Of a DNA stretch of 43,563 bases, positions 34,804-43,563 are shown piece by piece; positions within the stretch are counted from its first letter, which is position 1, and each line of letters starts with the position of its first letter. Position numbers and translations under genes: made by a program. Source of the stretch: a virus (lineage: Duplodnaviria; Caudoviricetes); IMG/VR virus record IMGVR_UViG_3300032162_000171, positions 1-43,563 of that record; one strand, given 5' to 3'. The notes under the pieces were generated by a model that saw only the letters and a program-made list of their open reading frames with translations, ran no database searches and was not told the origin of the DNA.

Positions 34804-34986
34804 TTACTTCTTACGAGGTGCGCCATTCCAAATTGCCTTTGCGCGGTGCTCATTCGTAGCGAATGAACCACAAGCTAAACAGTCCTTGCATTCCACCGTG
34901 AAAGGACGTATCCCGTTTTCAATTGAAGTTAATTGCACGTTCCTTGAGTCACAAAACGGACACGGCGAAAGTTCTTGGTTGCTCAT
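34804..34986 (-). CDS. Lar-family restriction alleviation-like zinc finger protein
   Basis: ELSPCPFC...VECKDC...AKAIWN pattern. Confidence 0.75.
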   Translation of the reverse strand: MSNQELSPCPFCDSRNVQLTSIENGIRPFTVECKDCLACGSFATNEHRAKAIWNGAPRKK

Positions 34987-35365
34987 CTTTAACCTCGTTC
35001 GCTAACACCGCCTCGAAAACTTGAGTGAGATAACCTGCGCCGTCGCACGCCGGACAGTCGCGCCACTTGCCGATCCGCGCGATGTAAGTTTTGCCGCGCG
35101 TGTTGTCGCGCTTCCACTCGCCGCCGATGAGTCCAACGCCCTCGCATTTCCGGCACTCGCGGATCGGCGATTGTTTTTCAGGCGTGTTGAAGTTCGCACG
35201 TTGCGACACGCCGAGGCGTTCCGCCGCTGCATCGTAGGCAAGAGCCGCCGTCTGCTCGTTCTGGTATCTGCCGAGCCGGTAGCGTCTGCGCTCAACCTCA
35301 ATGTCCACGCGCCAGAGTTCCTTTTCACGATCCCAATAAACTCCGCGATAGTTTGACGATGGCAT
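34949..35365 (-). CDS. AP2-domain DNA-binding protein with C-terminal CxxCxGxG zinc finger
   Basis: SNYRGVYW...WRVDI...LGRY...AALAYDAAA...NF; CRKCEGVG...CPACDGAG. Confidence 0.85.
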   Translation of the reverse strand: MPSSNYRGVYWDREKELWRVDIEVERRRYRLGRYQNEQTAALAYDAAAERLGVSQRANFNTPEKQSPIRECRKCEGVGLIGGEWKRDNTRGKTYIARIGKWRDCPACDGAGYLTQVFEAVLANEVKDEQPRTFAVSVL

Positions 35366-35468
35366 GTTTAATTTACCCCGCGCAGAACGCCCGCCATGCA
35401 CCCGACGCCCACCAGCGTTAATCTTAACTCACGGCAGCAGGGCGCTGGTGATGGCGGGCGTTATAAGT

Positions 35469-35789
35469 TTATGGAAGCTGGCCGGGGAACTCTTCATCAT
35501 CTGCGCTTGGCAGCAGCTTCCTTCGTTCTGCAAACTCCGCATCGACGGCTTTGATGGCTTTCTCTGTGACGGCCAGAGCAAGATCGGCGGCTTCATTGTA
35601 ATAACGGCGAATCTCGGAAACGGGAGAGTTATAAAGGACGGCAACTAAGGCAGCCTGATCGTCGCACTGCGCAATGCGCGAGATAATGAATTCGATGGCG
35701 GAAAGAATGGCGCTGCCCTGCGAGCACTGTTCGATCAAATAGATTTCGCGCGCCGTCATTTCGCGGTCGGAGAATTCAAGGGTGAGCAT
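35469..35789 (-). CDS. Hypothetical protein
   Basis: ORF overlapping the upstream gene end, GGAG RBS. Confidence 0.6.
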   Translation of the reverse strand: MLTLEFSDREMTAREIYLIEQCSQGSAILSAIEFIISRIAQCDDQAALVAVLYNSPVSEIRRYYNEAADLALAVTEKAIKAVDAEFAERRKLLPSADDEEFPGQLP

Positions 35790-36399
35790 TCTCGCTCCAT
35801 TCTTGCCTTGCCCAATAGATTTTGTAGTGCTCGATCTGCTCTTCAATGCGCAACGGCTCTTTGTGCAGATACCGCCAGAACGAAGTTAAGATTAGGCCGC
35901 TCATGTCGTCGGCGTGCCATAACCCGCATTGAACGAAATAATCGTGCAGCCGGTAGTCTTTGTTTTCGTAACCTTCAACCTTCCACAAATTCCAGTTGTT
36001 ACGAATCCAACGCCCGAGCGAGTGATGAAGCACATCTATAACTGTTTCTCTTGAGTCGCGTAAGTAATCCAAATCCTTCTTATTGAGCATATCTTCGAGA
36101 GCAAACAAGCAGCTCCCCAAATCGTTTGGCACGATAACTTCTTTCGATAAAGGCTTGGCTATTTCAGGAGGATCGAGAGAAAGCATCACCGGCTGCAAAG
36201 CATTTGCGCCGCGTTCGATGGACAGATAAATCTCGCCTGTTTCAGCAATCCGTTTTCGCTCATCTTCGTCGAGTAGCCAGCGCGTGATCGTGACGCCGTT
36301 GATATGAAGCGCGGGCAGAGTTTGAAATTCTGGTTGATGTTCGGCGATTTTGATTTCGGGCAAATCAGAGTTGCGAATAACTGGTGAGACAGGCTTCAT
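35776..36399 (-). CDS. Hypothetical protein with DUF6794-like C-terminal domain
   Basis: HHSLGRWIRNNWNLW...HADDMSGLIL pattern. Confidence 0.65.
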   Translation of the reverse strand: MKPVSPVIRNSDLPEIKIAEHQPEFQTLPALHINGVTITRWLLDEDERKRIAETGEIYLSIERGANALQPVMLSLDPPEIAKPLSKEVIVPNDLGSCLFALEDMLNKKDLDYLRDSRETVIDVLHHSLGRWIRNNWNLWKVEGYENKDYRLHDYFVQCGLWHADDMSGLILTSFWRYLHKEPLRIEEQIEHYKIYWARQEWSENAHP

Positions 36400-36644
36400 T
36401 AGTAATTACCCTCCAACACATCCATCAAATAGAGCCGCGCATGGTGCACAATGCGGAAAGACTTGGCTACGAAAGGAATCACATTGAATAGTTCCTTTTC
36501 TTTGGCTTTGAGCAACCAAATCGCATCAATTAAAGGCGTGCCGTGATACTGCGGGAACATCGCAAAGTAATCGTCGAGAAATGTATCGCCGCCGTTTAGC
36601 TCAAGATTGAGCAAAGCACCGACAATAGAATTACTTCGCTTCAT
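36399..36644 (-). CDS. Hypothetical protein
   Basis: Tightly packed ORF with TAATG coupling. Confidence 0.6.
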   Translation of the reverse strand: MKRSNSIVGALLNLELNGGDTFLDDYFAMFPQYHGTPLIDAIWLLKAKEKELFNVIPFVAKSFRIVHHARLYLMDVLEGNY

Positions 36645-36834
36645 TGATAGTCTCCGCCTTCGGTTCTTCGATGAGGAAACGGTTAATCAATATCTCGAAA
36701 ACTTGAGTATGCGTCAGCCTTGCGCCGATGCGCGCGGCTTCCGCTTGTCGAATAGCAATAAACTTAGCGAGCGTCGCATCATCGAGATACGCGCCGATAA
36801 AGTTTCCCTTTGTGCGTCCGGGACGTTTTGCCAT
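36631..36834 (-). CDS. Small possible ribbon-helix-helix-like protein
   Basis: 67 aa, short beta strand (FIGAYLD) followed by two helices. Confidence 0.5.
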   Translation of the reverse strand: MAKRPGRTKGNFIGAYLDDATLAKFIAIRQAEAARIGARLTHTQVFEILINRFLIEEPKAETINEAK

Positions 36835-36837
36835 TAC

Positions 36838-37134
36838 TTACTCTCCGGCGTCAGACCGCTCCTCGACTTGCTCGTGATGCTCACCTACATCAGCTGCATC
36901 CTTCTCTTTAGTCACAGCAGCAATTTCGGCTGAAGCGTGGGGATACAAACGTGCAACGGACACCATCTCGTCACGCGGCCCGTAAGACACATGCGACGAC
37001 GTGCCGACGACGACCCACGAACCGTCGCTAAACATCACGACATCACCGGCTTCGGGCGAGTTTGCGCCGAGCGGTTGAAAGTCGAGACCGGCGAGAAATA
37101 ATTCTGCGTTTGCGAAAGGGAATTTTTCGTTCAT
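36838..37134 (-). CDS. Hypothetical protein
   Basis: 98 aa, GAGGAG RBS. Confidence 0.65.
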   Translation of the reverse strand: MNEKFPFANAELFLAGLDFQPLGANSPEAGDVVMFSDGSWVVVGTSSHVSYGPRDEMVSVARLYPHASAEIAAVTKEKDAADVGEHHEQVEERSDAGE

Positions 37135-37141
37135 GGTTGTG

Positions 37142-37624
37142 TTACTCCTCAGTTATGCTGCGCATTTCATTGCGTGTTGTATGTTCATTATTGTGTTGCA
37201 TGCCATATTGATTGTTAGTTGGCACGCTCTTTGACTCGTTCGTCATTAAAGATTCACGCAGCACGCGGTTTTGAAATGGGATGCGATAAAGCTCTTTCGC
37301 AAGTTCAAGCTTCTCGTTCGTGAGTCGCAATTCAAGTTCAATCAATTCCAGCTTCTGCTCACGAGCCGCAATGGTTTGTGCTCTGGCTGTCAGATCGCGT
37401 TCCCGTTGCTCGCATGTGGATTCGCGCTCGCCGATGGTTACCAAGCGCACTTCAAGTTCTTTGATCTTCTTTTTACCTTCGCTAAGTTCGATAGCCTGCT
37501 GCTCATTTTGCCCGACCGCTTTATCCGCTTCAGCAAGGTATGTTTGAAGCTCCTCCGAGACCATAGAGGGCAGATGCTTTTTAATCTGCTCGCGCATGTC
37601 GTCTGTTAAATGTTCAATGCTCAA
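37142..37624 (-). CDS. Coiled-coil hypothetical protein
   Basis: 160 aa Glu-rich heptads, AAGGAG RBS. Confidence 0.7.
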   Translation of the reverse strand: MSIEHLTDDMREQIKKHLPSMVSEELQTYLAEADKAVGQNEQQAIELSEGKKKIKELEVRLVTIGERESTCEQRERDLTARAQTIAAREQKLELIELELRLTNEKLELAKELYRIPFQNRVLRESLMTNESKSVPTNNQYGMQHNNEHTTRNEMRSITEE

Positions 37625-37639
37625 GATTCACGCTCCTTT

Positions 37640-37873
37640 TCAGCGTCGAGAAAATGATCTGCCACCATGAGCAATCGCTTTATTTGCTCGCATCCGCGCG
37701 TCCACCAAATGCTGTAACGCAAGCGTTTGATCTGCGCTCGCAGGCGTGCAGTTGCGAATTGTTTGTGCAGCTTCCATCAACGCCGCAGCGACACGCGCAA
37801 AGTTTTTGCGTCCTTCATCGGGAATGTCGTTGACGTAACTAAACTGCTCGCGAATGTCGTCGTCTATTTCCAA
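37640..37873 (-). CDS. Acb2/Tad1-like helical hairpin protein (putative nucleotide-signal sponge)
   Basis: TTG start after AAGGAG; FSY...P.SADQTLALQHLVDARMRANKAIA resembles the family pattern from memory. Confidence 0.55.
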   Translation of the reverse strand: MEIDDDIREQFSYVNDIPDEGRKNFARVAAALMEAAQTIRNCTPASADQTLALQHLVDARMRANKAIAHGGRSFSRR

Positions 37874-37951
37874 GATGGTTCTCCTTACGAAGATAATTGG
37901 AAGGAGGGCAGCCTCCGCGTACAATGGCGGCTGCCCTCGTTAAAGCGCCGA

Positions 37952-38434
37952 TTACCGATGCGTTTCAGTAACGGGCGTAGGCGAATCGTTCTGCGTGCCT
38001 GCCGACGTGTTCGGCACAGGCGACGCGTGCGATTGCGTTTGCGCGGGAACAGGCTGCGCGAGTGTTCCCGTTGTCGCCGGTTGCTGTCCGGGTTGCGTCG
38101 CAGGCGTCGCAACCGTGCCGTGCGTGCGTTCTTCTATTTCCGCTTGCTCCTGCTGGAACTTGCGCGCGTGCTCGGCTTCGAGGCTCGACTTCGTTGCTTC
38201 ACCATGCGCGCCGAGTTCCTGCGCCAATCTCTCTTCATGCTCCGCCGGATACGCCGCTTGATCTTCCTTGCTCGTCGGCGTTTGGTTCGGATCGTTGGCG
38301 CGCGGATCGTTCAATTCTTGAACGCTGTGATCGACGGGCGTTTCGCCGGGCATCTCTTTGCGCGGCTCCGCAGGCTGACCGTTTTGATTGTTATATTGCC
38401 CGTCAATGTTCTGTTCTTTTTTGTCGTCCATCAT
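37952..38434 (-). CDS. Low-complexity Gln/Pro/Thr-rich protein
   Basis: 160 aa, AAGGAG RBS, likely disordered. Confidence 0.7.
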   Translation of the reverse strand: MMDDKKEQNIDGQYNNQNGQPAEPRKEMPGETPVDHSVQELNDPRANDPNQTPTSKEDQAAYPAEHEERLAQELGAHGEATKSSLEAEHARKFQQEQAEIEERTHGTVATPATQPGQQPATTGTLAQPVPAQTQSHASPVPNTSAGTQNDSPTPVTETHR

Positions 38435-38442
38435 TTCTCCTT

Positions 38443-39183
38443 CTAAGATTGTTTAAGAAACTCGTGTAAGTTCACATCACAGCCACAACGCGCGTCATGG
38501 CCGCCCAATTCGGGAATGAGCCACATGTCGAGTCGCCCGATTGAACGAAGCAACTCGCTCTGCGTTATCCCGAAATACCAAGCGTGCAGGGCAGCAGCTT
38601 CCGCCCAGCTCCAACAGACGTGATCGGCAAAGCCTTGACTGTGCAGCCACACGCGCTCACGGACTTGATCCCACTCCTTATCGGGAGCGGAAATTAACTC
38701 GCCGTCGCGCACCTTCAGATCGAACACGAGACCCGAAAAGCCGCGCTGCCGGGCGAGATTGAAATAATCGAAGATGCCGGGGCGCACGCCCTCTGCTTTG
38801 CGACGCATCGCGCTGGAAGAGTAGACGCCGCGCTTTCCGTCGGCGCGGGTGTATTCCTTTTTGTCGTTCCCGTTATGCTCGTTGGCAACATGAAACGTGC
38901 GCGCGAAGGCAGGGCATAACCGCTCCCAGCTTTTAAGCCAGACGATGAGCGATTGACCATGCGAGCTTTCGGACTTGGCTTGCGCCGGTGATAGCGCGGA
39001 CTTTCTCAAGCGCAACGGACGCGCCGGTTGTTTGCGGCCTTCCGGTGTCGGGAAGGGCAGCCCTCCGGCAAGATTTCTGTGGAGTCGATCAACTTCTTTT
39101 TGTGACATACGAAGAGGCATAGAGGTAGGAAGATTGGCGTAGCAGGGAATTGAGGAGTGCGGCGATGTATGATTGATAATCAT
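38443..39183 (-). CDS. VRR-NUC-like nuclease domain protein
   Basis: FHVANE...EGVRPGIFD...VFDLKV...Q...L...GF...VCWS; true start may be 39120. Confidence 0.7.
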   Translation of the reverse strand: MIINHTSPHSSIPCYANLPTSMPLRMSQKEVDRLHRNLAGGLPFPTPEGRKQPARPLRLRKSALSPAQAKSESSHGQSLIVWLKSWERLCPAFARTFHVANEHNGNDKKEYTRADGKRGVYSSSAMRRKAEGVRPGIFDYFNLARQRGFSGLVFDLKVRDGELISAPDKEWDQVRERVWLHSQGFADHVCWSWAEAAALHAWYFGITQSELLRSIGRLDMWLIPELGGHDARCGCDVNLHEFLKQS

Positions 39184-39465
39184 ATGCTCAAACTCACATA
39201 TCGCAGAAATAAATCAGGGCTTGCAAACAACTCAAATCGGCCTTTCAAGTCGTCCACTGTGACGCATGGGATGTGCATCGGAGAGTGGCTAATTCAAGCG
39301 CTTGAACCCGCGTTCTCTCCATCCCGTGCGCTGACCTGCGAGCCGTCGTTCTCGGGATGCAACGAGCGCCGCACGTCTATGTCACCTGCACCGCCCTGAA
39401 GTGCTACGTCTCGCCACAGTGACCAACCGCAACAAGCTAACCGGCGACAACTTCAAAAGATCAAA

Positions 39466-39825
39466 TCACTTCCTCGCGGCACGCCCGCGATAATCGAGCC
39501 GGTGCGCCATCGCAATTTCAACAAGCGCCTCGACATCGAAATGAGGCCCATACACAAGTGCATCTCTATAAGTGAAATGCTCACGCACACGATGCTCGAA
39601 CGAAGTCATCACACACTTAAAGGCCGTCTGCACCAGCTCACTTTTCACCATGTGAGAAGACAAAGGCCACTTGCGCGTGTGCTGCGTTTCCTCTGCGCCG
39701 GTGATGATGTCAGCTTCGAGATAACGAGCCTGAAGATACGGCGTTCCTTCACCCTCGAAGACTTCAAAGGTGTATTCGGGAAAGTTTACGAGCGCGATAA
39801 TCGCGCGCATTTCTTCAATGTTCAT
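39466..39825 (-). CDS. Hypothetical phage protein
   Basis: 119 aa, RKWPLS...SELVQTAFK...EHRVREHFTY...PH. Confidence 0.7.
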   Translation of the reverse strand: MNIEEMRAIIALVNFPEYTFEVFEGEGTPYLQARYLEADIITGAEETQHTRKWPLSSHMVKSELVQTAFKCVMTSFEHRVREHFTYRDALVYGPHFDVEALVEIAMAHRLDYRGRAARK

Positions 39826-39844
39826 AAGCTCCGCGTACCTTCAC

Positions 39845-40090
39845 TTATTCATCAACGACTTCGTATGTGACTGAAAAAACATCCGGGTTGCAGGGATAGA
39901 AATGCGTGCCATCCGGTTCGGGGATAATCCAATCACCAACTTCGACTTTAACGGGCTGATTGTTGTGGATAGTATGAACATGCGGCACGTCGCACAGAAA
40001 GCAATTCGCGTTATGACACAGGCCGTTCAATTCACGATCACCTGTGTACTGTTCAGCTTCGATAACAAGGGGCTTTTTTCTGAATTTCAT
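39845..40090 (-). CDS. Conserved-looking phage protein (KFRKKP...GDWII...YPC.PDVF..TYE type)
   Basis: Recognisable motif pattern, GAGG RBS. Confidence 0.75.
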   Translation of the reverse strand: MKFRKKPLVIEAEQYTGDRELNGLCHNANCFLCDVPHVHTIHNNQPVKVEVGDWIIPEPDGTHFYPCNPDVFSVTYEVVDE

Positions 40091-40097
40091 GTTCACC

Positions 40098-40805
40098 TCA
40101 CTGGCTGTAACCCGCAGCCGGAGCAACGGCGCGCGCCGCGCTCGTCAACTGCTCTGCAAAAGAAACATTTACTGGCAAGCATTTGATTTTCGATTCAAGC
40201 ACCGGCAAACAATGTAAGAACCGCTCGATCAAAACAGGATCGAACCGCGTCCCGCTGTCGTCGCGCAAAATCTTGACAGCCTCGCCGCGTGACAACGGTG
40301 TGCGATACGGGCGCACTTCCCGCAACGCATCGAAGCAATCTGCGACGCCAATAATTTGAGCAAGGAGCGGAATGTCCTCGCCGCAGAGTCCGTCCGGGTA
40401 ACCTGAGCCGTCCCAACGTTCGTGATGCGAACGAATCGCCGCCGCAACTTCAACAGGCAAGCCGCGCCTGATCGCGATCTGCGCGCCGACAATCGTATGC
40501 CGCTTCATCTCGTCGAATTCCGCTTCGGTGAGCTTCGCAGGCTTCAATAGAATCGCGTCGGGGATATGTACTTTGCCGATGTCGTGGAGAAGCGCACTCG
40601 CAGAAAGCAGGCGCTTGGTGGCAGGCGTGAGATTAAGTGATTTGCCGAGTCCGAGGGCATACACGCGCACGCGCAGCGCATGAGAATGAGTCGTCGAATC
40701 GCGCGCATCAAGTGCCAGTGCCAGCGCTTCGATTGTTTCGCCCTGCCGCGCGTTTTTGCCAAACAGCCAATCGCGCCTTGAGCGCAAGTATTCGGCCACA
40801 CTCAT
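40098..40805 (-). CDS. Stand-alone HD-GYP phosphodiesterase
   Basis: HALRV, LHDIGK, HHERWDGSGYPDGL, IIGVADCFDAL...RPYR, FDP. Confidence 0.92.
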   Translation of the reverse strand: MSVAEYLRSRRDWLFGKNARQGETIEALALALDARDSTTHSHALRVRVYALGLGKSLNLTPATKRLLSASALLHDIGKVHIPDAILLKPAKLTEAEFDEMKRHTIVGAQIAIRRGLPVEVAAAIRSHHERWDGSGYPDGLCGEDIPLLAQIIGVADCFDALREVRPYRTPLSRGEAVKILRDDSGTRFDPVLIERFLHCLPVLESKIKCLPVNVSFAEQLTSAARAVAPAAGYSQ

Positions 40806-41090
40806 AAAAGGAAACTCCGAAGTTTACGGAACGGGAAAGAAAATGCGGCGGAAGCATGTCGGGAGATAGCGATTGCGCCGCGTACTCACTGTGCAGAATG
40901 AAGCAAAACCATTCGCTCTGTCAAATTGATTGAACAGATTTATTCAAAAGGTAAAATACACCTTTGCGCACGAGGTAAATGCAAACCCTTGAAGCAAACC
41001 GAGAAAGTCGTATTGTAAAGTTTATTGCAAGGCAAAATCGGTTAGATAGGATGCGCTTATTGAAATCCTAAGCCACCAACCGAATTGCTA

Positions 41091-41330
41091 TTATTTTGGT
41101 GAGTTTTTCTTCACTGCTCTGGTAGGCGGACGTCCCGGCGTGCCTCGATAGTCGAGCACCTCTTGTTTCTTCACAAACCGGTTCCCTGCGATCTCAAACG
41201 CATGGAGCTTTCCTCTTTCAACTAAATTCCAGATCGCCTGTCGCGTATTACTCTTCAATCCGGCCTCTCGCCTCAAACGAGCGGCTTGCGAAAAGGTAAC
41301 GTATTCCCCGGGGTCAATATCAGGAGCCAT
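41091..41330 (-). CDS. Excisionase-like HTH protein with GRP tail
   Basis: VTFSQAARLR...RQAIWNLVERGKL...TPGRPP. Confidence 0.7.
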   Translation of the reverse strand: MAPDIDPGEYVTFSQAARLRREAGLKSNTRQAIWNLVERGKLHAFEIAGNRFVKKQEVLDYRGTPGRPPTRAVKKNSPK

Positions 41331-41444
41331 TCCCGCATTATAGAAATCTTGAAACTATTTACAAATGTTTATCTTTCGTCCGTGCCGATGGCGAGTTTCT
41401 CGGACGCTATTTAGACGGGCAAATTGCTCGATAAATCTTTGCGA

Positions 41445-41479
41445 AAACTGTTGACAGCGTACACAGTTTGGTTGACAAT
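41445..41479 (+). promoter_or_regulatory. Sigma70-type promoter with flanking inverted repeat
   Basis: TTGACA(41451)-17 nt-GACAAT; AAACTG...CAGTTT inverted repeat around the -35. Confidence 0.55.
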
Positions 41480-41522
41480 CTTTTCAAGTTCGACACTACA
41501 ACGAAGGAGAAAACAGAAAGTC

Positions 41523-42179
41523 ATGTCTACCAAGAAAATCAACAAAACCACCGCCGCACAGGAAAAAGCCGCCCGCGAAGCACGCGTCGCCAAGCCCGTT
41601 GCTCCGCGCAAATCGAAAGCTGCGCTCGAAGCTGTTCAAGCAGTTGACGCGATTACGCGACACGCCAACGCAGCAGAAGGAACGACACCCGCGCCGAGCG
41701 ATCCGCGCGCCGCTGAAATCCTCAAAGCCAAAAACGCAGGCATCACGCTCGCCGACAATGAATTTTTATCGAAGCCTGTGAATGTGCCGGAAGGCGCGAA
41801 GTTGAAACGAATCGTCAGGCGCAACGGAATCAAACTGCCGTTTCCGGTCTACGCCGTTTCAGAGCCGAAACCGGAGCCGAAGAAGTTGAGCGAAGTGGAT
41901 GCTCCGAAAGCACGCAAATCATCTTCGCCCAAACCGCGCGCGGCAACGGCCAACGGAGAAGAGAAATTTTACTGCGGCAATCTTGAGTCTCCGCGCGTGC
42001 AGGAAGTGCTTTCGCAAATCACAAAGCACACGACGGAGCGCCCGCTCGTCGCCGTTAAGGTTTTCGGAAAGAGCCAGTATCCGAATCGCATTGCAAGGAT
42101 GCTGGCAACAAAGGGACTCGTCGTTACGGAGCGCCGCGACGATGTCGGAGTAGTTTTCTTCGGCGCTGCCGCAAAATAG
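41523..42179 (+). CDS. Lys/Ala/Pro-rich basic protein, possible C-terminal winged helix
   Basis: 218 aa from ATG 41523; histone-like composition; RIARMLATKGLVV. Confidence 0.7.
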   Translation: MSTKKINKTTAAQEKAAREARVAKPVAPRKSKAALEAVQAVDAITRHANAAEGTTPAPSDPRAAEILKAKNAGITLADNEFLSKPVNVPEGAKLKRIVRRNGIKLPFPVYAVSEPKPEPKKLSEVDAPKARKSSSPKPRAATANGEEKFYCGNLESPRVQEVLSQITKHTTERPLVAVKVFGKSQYPNRIARMLATKGLVVTERRDDVGVVFFGAAAK

Positions 42180-42194
42180 AAAGGTAAGGTTCAA

Positions 42195-42371
42195 ATGGAC
42201 GAGTACACGATTCTGGTGGCGAGCGATGCCAGCACGTTGAGCAGTCAGGTAAACAATCTGTTGAAGAACGACTGGAAGCCGCAGGGAGGAATCGCAATCT
42301 CTGAAATACTCGATCCCGAAAGCGGAGAGATTTCAGAGCAGTGGGCGCAGGCAATGATTAAAGAGAACTAG
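42195..42371 (+). CDS. Small DUF1737-like protein, paralog of 6381..6572 (not in the ORF track)
   Basis: MDEYTILVASDASTLSSQVNNLLKNDWKPQGGIAISEILDPESGEISEQWAQAMIKEN*. Confidence 0.8.
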   Translation: MDEYTILVASDASTLSSQVNNLLKNDWKPQGGIAISEILDPESGEISEQWAQAMIKEN

Positions 42372-42397
42372 GCCGTAGCGTCTAAATCCAAAATAAG

Positions 42398-42430
42398 AAT
42401 GGCTCCTGAGGTGCGAACTCAGGAGCCATT
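42398..42430. terminator. Strong hairpin after the second DUF1737-like gene
   Basis: AATGGCTCCTGAG-GTGCGAA-CTCAGGAGCCATT, 13-bp perfect stem. Confidence 0.5.
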
Positions 42431-42472
42431 GCTTCATCCGGCCTGTTACAAGCAGGCAGAAAGTGTCTACCA

Positions 42473-43312
42473 ATGAAAAAATATCAGAACTCTGCAAAAC
42501 GTACAACTGTCGCCGCTCCGACGTGGGCGGAACTTCTTCGGGAAGCGATCACCAAACCCGGACGAATCTTAGAAGCCTACACCTACTTCCACAACTACAG
42601 CGTCGGCAATCAAATGCTCGCCTTGTCACAGTGCTACGAGCGCGGTATTACGCCCGGCCCTATCTCGACGTTTCCCGGCTGGCAGCAGCTCCGCCGCCAT
42701 GTCCGCAAAGGAGAACGAGCGATTGTTCTTTGTATGCCGATCACGATCAAAGGTAATCGCAGCGATGAAGCGGCAAAGGAAGAATCGAGCGAAAAGGGAA
42801 GCTGCTTTACAAGTTTCGTCTACAAGCCGAATTGGTTCGTACTATGCCAGACCGAAGGCGAGGAGCTGCCGAAAGCGAGCTTACCAGAGTGGGACAGGAC
42901 GCACGCGTTATCCGCTCTCAACATCGAAGAGATTCCCTTCGATCTAACCGACGGCAATACGCAGGGCTTTGCGCGCAAGCGACAGATTAGCGTCTCGCCC
43001 ATCGCCGCGCTTCCGCACAAAACAACTTTTCATGAACTCGCGCACGTCGTCCTCGAACACACGCAGGAGAGCGAGTTCGCCGACTCGGAATACACGCCGC
43101 GCAATCTCAAGGAAGTTGAAGCCGAAGCGGTCGCGCTCATTCTCTGCGAAAGCTTGCAACTTCCCGGCACTGAGTATGCGCGCGGCTATATTCAGCACTG
43201 GCTCAAGGGCGCAGCCAATATTCCCGACAAAAGCGCGCAGAAGATTTTCAAAGCGGCCGATGTAATTCTCAAAGCAGGCACGGCTTCAAAGCAGGAGGGC
43301 GCCGCGAGATGA
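42473..43312 (+). CDS. ArdC-like ssDNA-binding/antirestriction protein with zincin-like domain
   Basis: FHNYSVGNQML...TFPGWQQLRRHVRKGERA; HELAH and EVEAEAVA; YIQHW. Confidence 0.85.
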   Translation: MKKYQNSAKRTTVAAPTWAELLREAITKPGRILEAYTYFHNYSVGNQMLALSQCYERGITPGPISTFPGWQQLRRHVRKGERAIVLCMPITIKGNRSDEAAKEESSEKGSCFTSFVYKPNWFVLCQTEGEELPKASLPEWDRTHALSALNIEEIPFDLTDGNTQGFARKRQISVSPIAALPHKTTFHELAHVVLEHTQESEFADSEYTPRNLKEVEAEAVALILCESLQLPGTEYARGYIQHWLKGAANIPDKSAQKIFKAADVILKAGTASKQEGAAR

Positions 43313-43563
43313 ATGACGCTCTTATTATTCAGACACCAAGCGGTTCGATAATGTTGCCGGACAACGATGCCTGGACAAACCGCTTCGATATTCGCTCCGA
43401 GACAAGTGATCGCGTGTATGTCATAGCCCAGCACAAGCGTAAGCGGCACTGGGGTTGTTCCTGTCCGGGCTACCGCACGCGCCGCCATTGCAAGCATTTG
43501 AAGGAGATCGGGCTGCCGTGCTACGAACGGCCGCACGAAGCTAAATTGGAGGCAGGGCGATGA
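43309..43563 (+). CDS. SWIM zinc-finger protein
   Basis: WGCSCPGY...CKHL motif; ATGA overlap with the ArdC-like gene. Confidence 0.8.
   Translation: MNDALIIQTPSGSIMLPDNDAWTNRFDIRSETSDRVYVIAQHKRKRHWGCSCPGYRTRRHCKHLKEIGLPCYERPHEAKLEAGR

Noticed and set aside
37727-38446. 239-aa Arg-rich plus-strand ORF and similar antisense ORFs throughout
   Set aside because: Shadow ORFs of GC-rich minus-strand genes with no RBS or motifs, unlike the nested HNH genes
40806-41090. c-di-GMP riboswitch upstream of the HD-GYP gene
   Set aside because: GCAAAC...GAAA fragments are on the wrong strand and I could not build the two-stem structure
1-43563. Integrase, att sites, tRNA genes, CRISPR array, reverse transcriptase/DGR
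   Set aside because: None recognised by eye; prophage status and host cannot be determined from this window

Overview
This window is part of a tailed (siphovirus-like) phage or prophage genome; no integrase or att site is visible. Most genes lie on the minus strand: an early/accessory block (HD-GYP, VRR-NUC-like, Acb2/Tad1-like, AP2, Lar-like), a lysis block (GH19 endolysin, membrane proteins, lone receiver domain), a 7-deazaguanine DNA-modification cluster (ParB-like, DpdA/TGT-like, queC, queD, a GT4 glycosyltransferase, queE, folE), terminase, portal, head genes, two paralogous tail-tube genes, a frameshifted tail assembly chaperone and a tape measure protein. The most striking signal is four HNH endonuclease genes that each sit in or at a phage gene without destroying it. 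Two are nested inside the two inteins of the large terminase but not in the intein frame (one antisense, one in the -1 frame), each with its own TATAAT box and ribosome-binding site. Two are inserted near the 3' ends of the tail-tube and ParB-like genes and supply a synonymously recoded replacement end, leaving the apparent original end stranded downstream. All family assignments come from motifs read by eye; no database searches were run.
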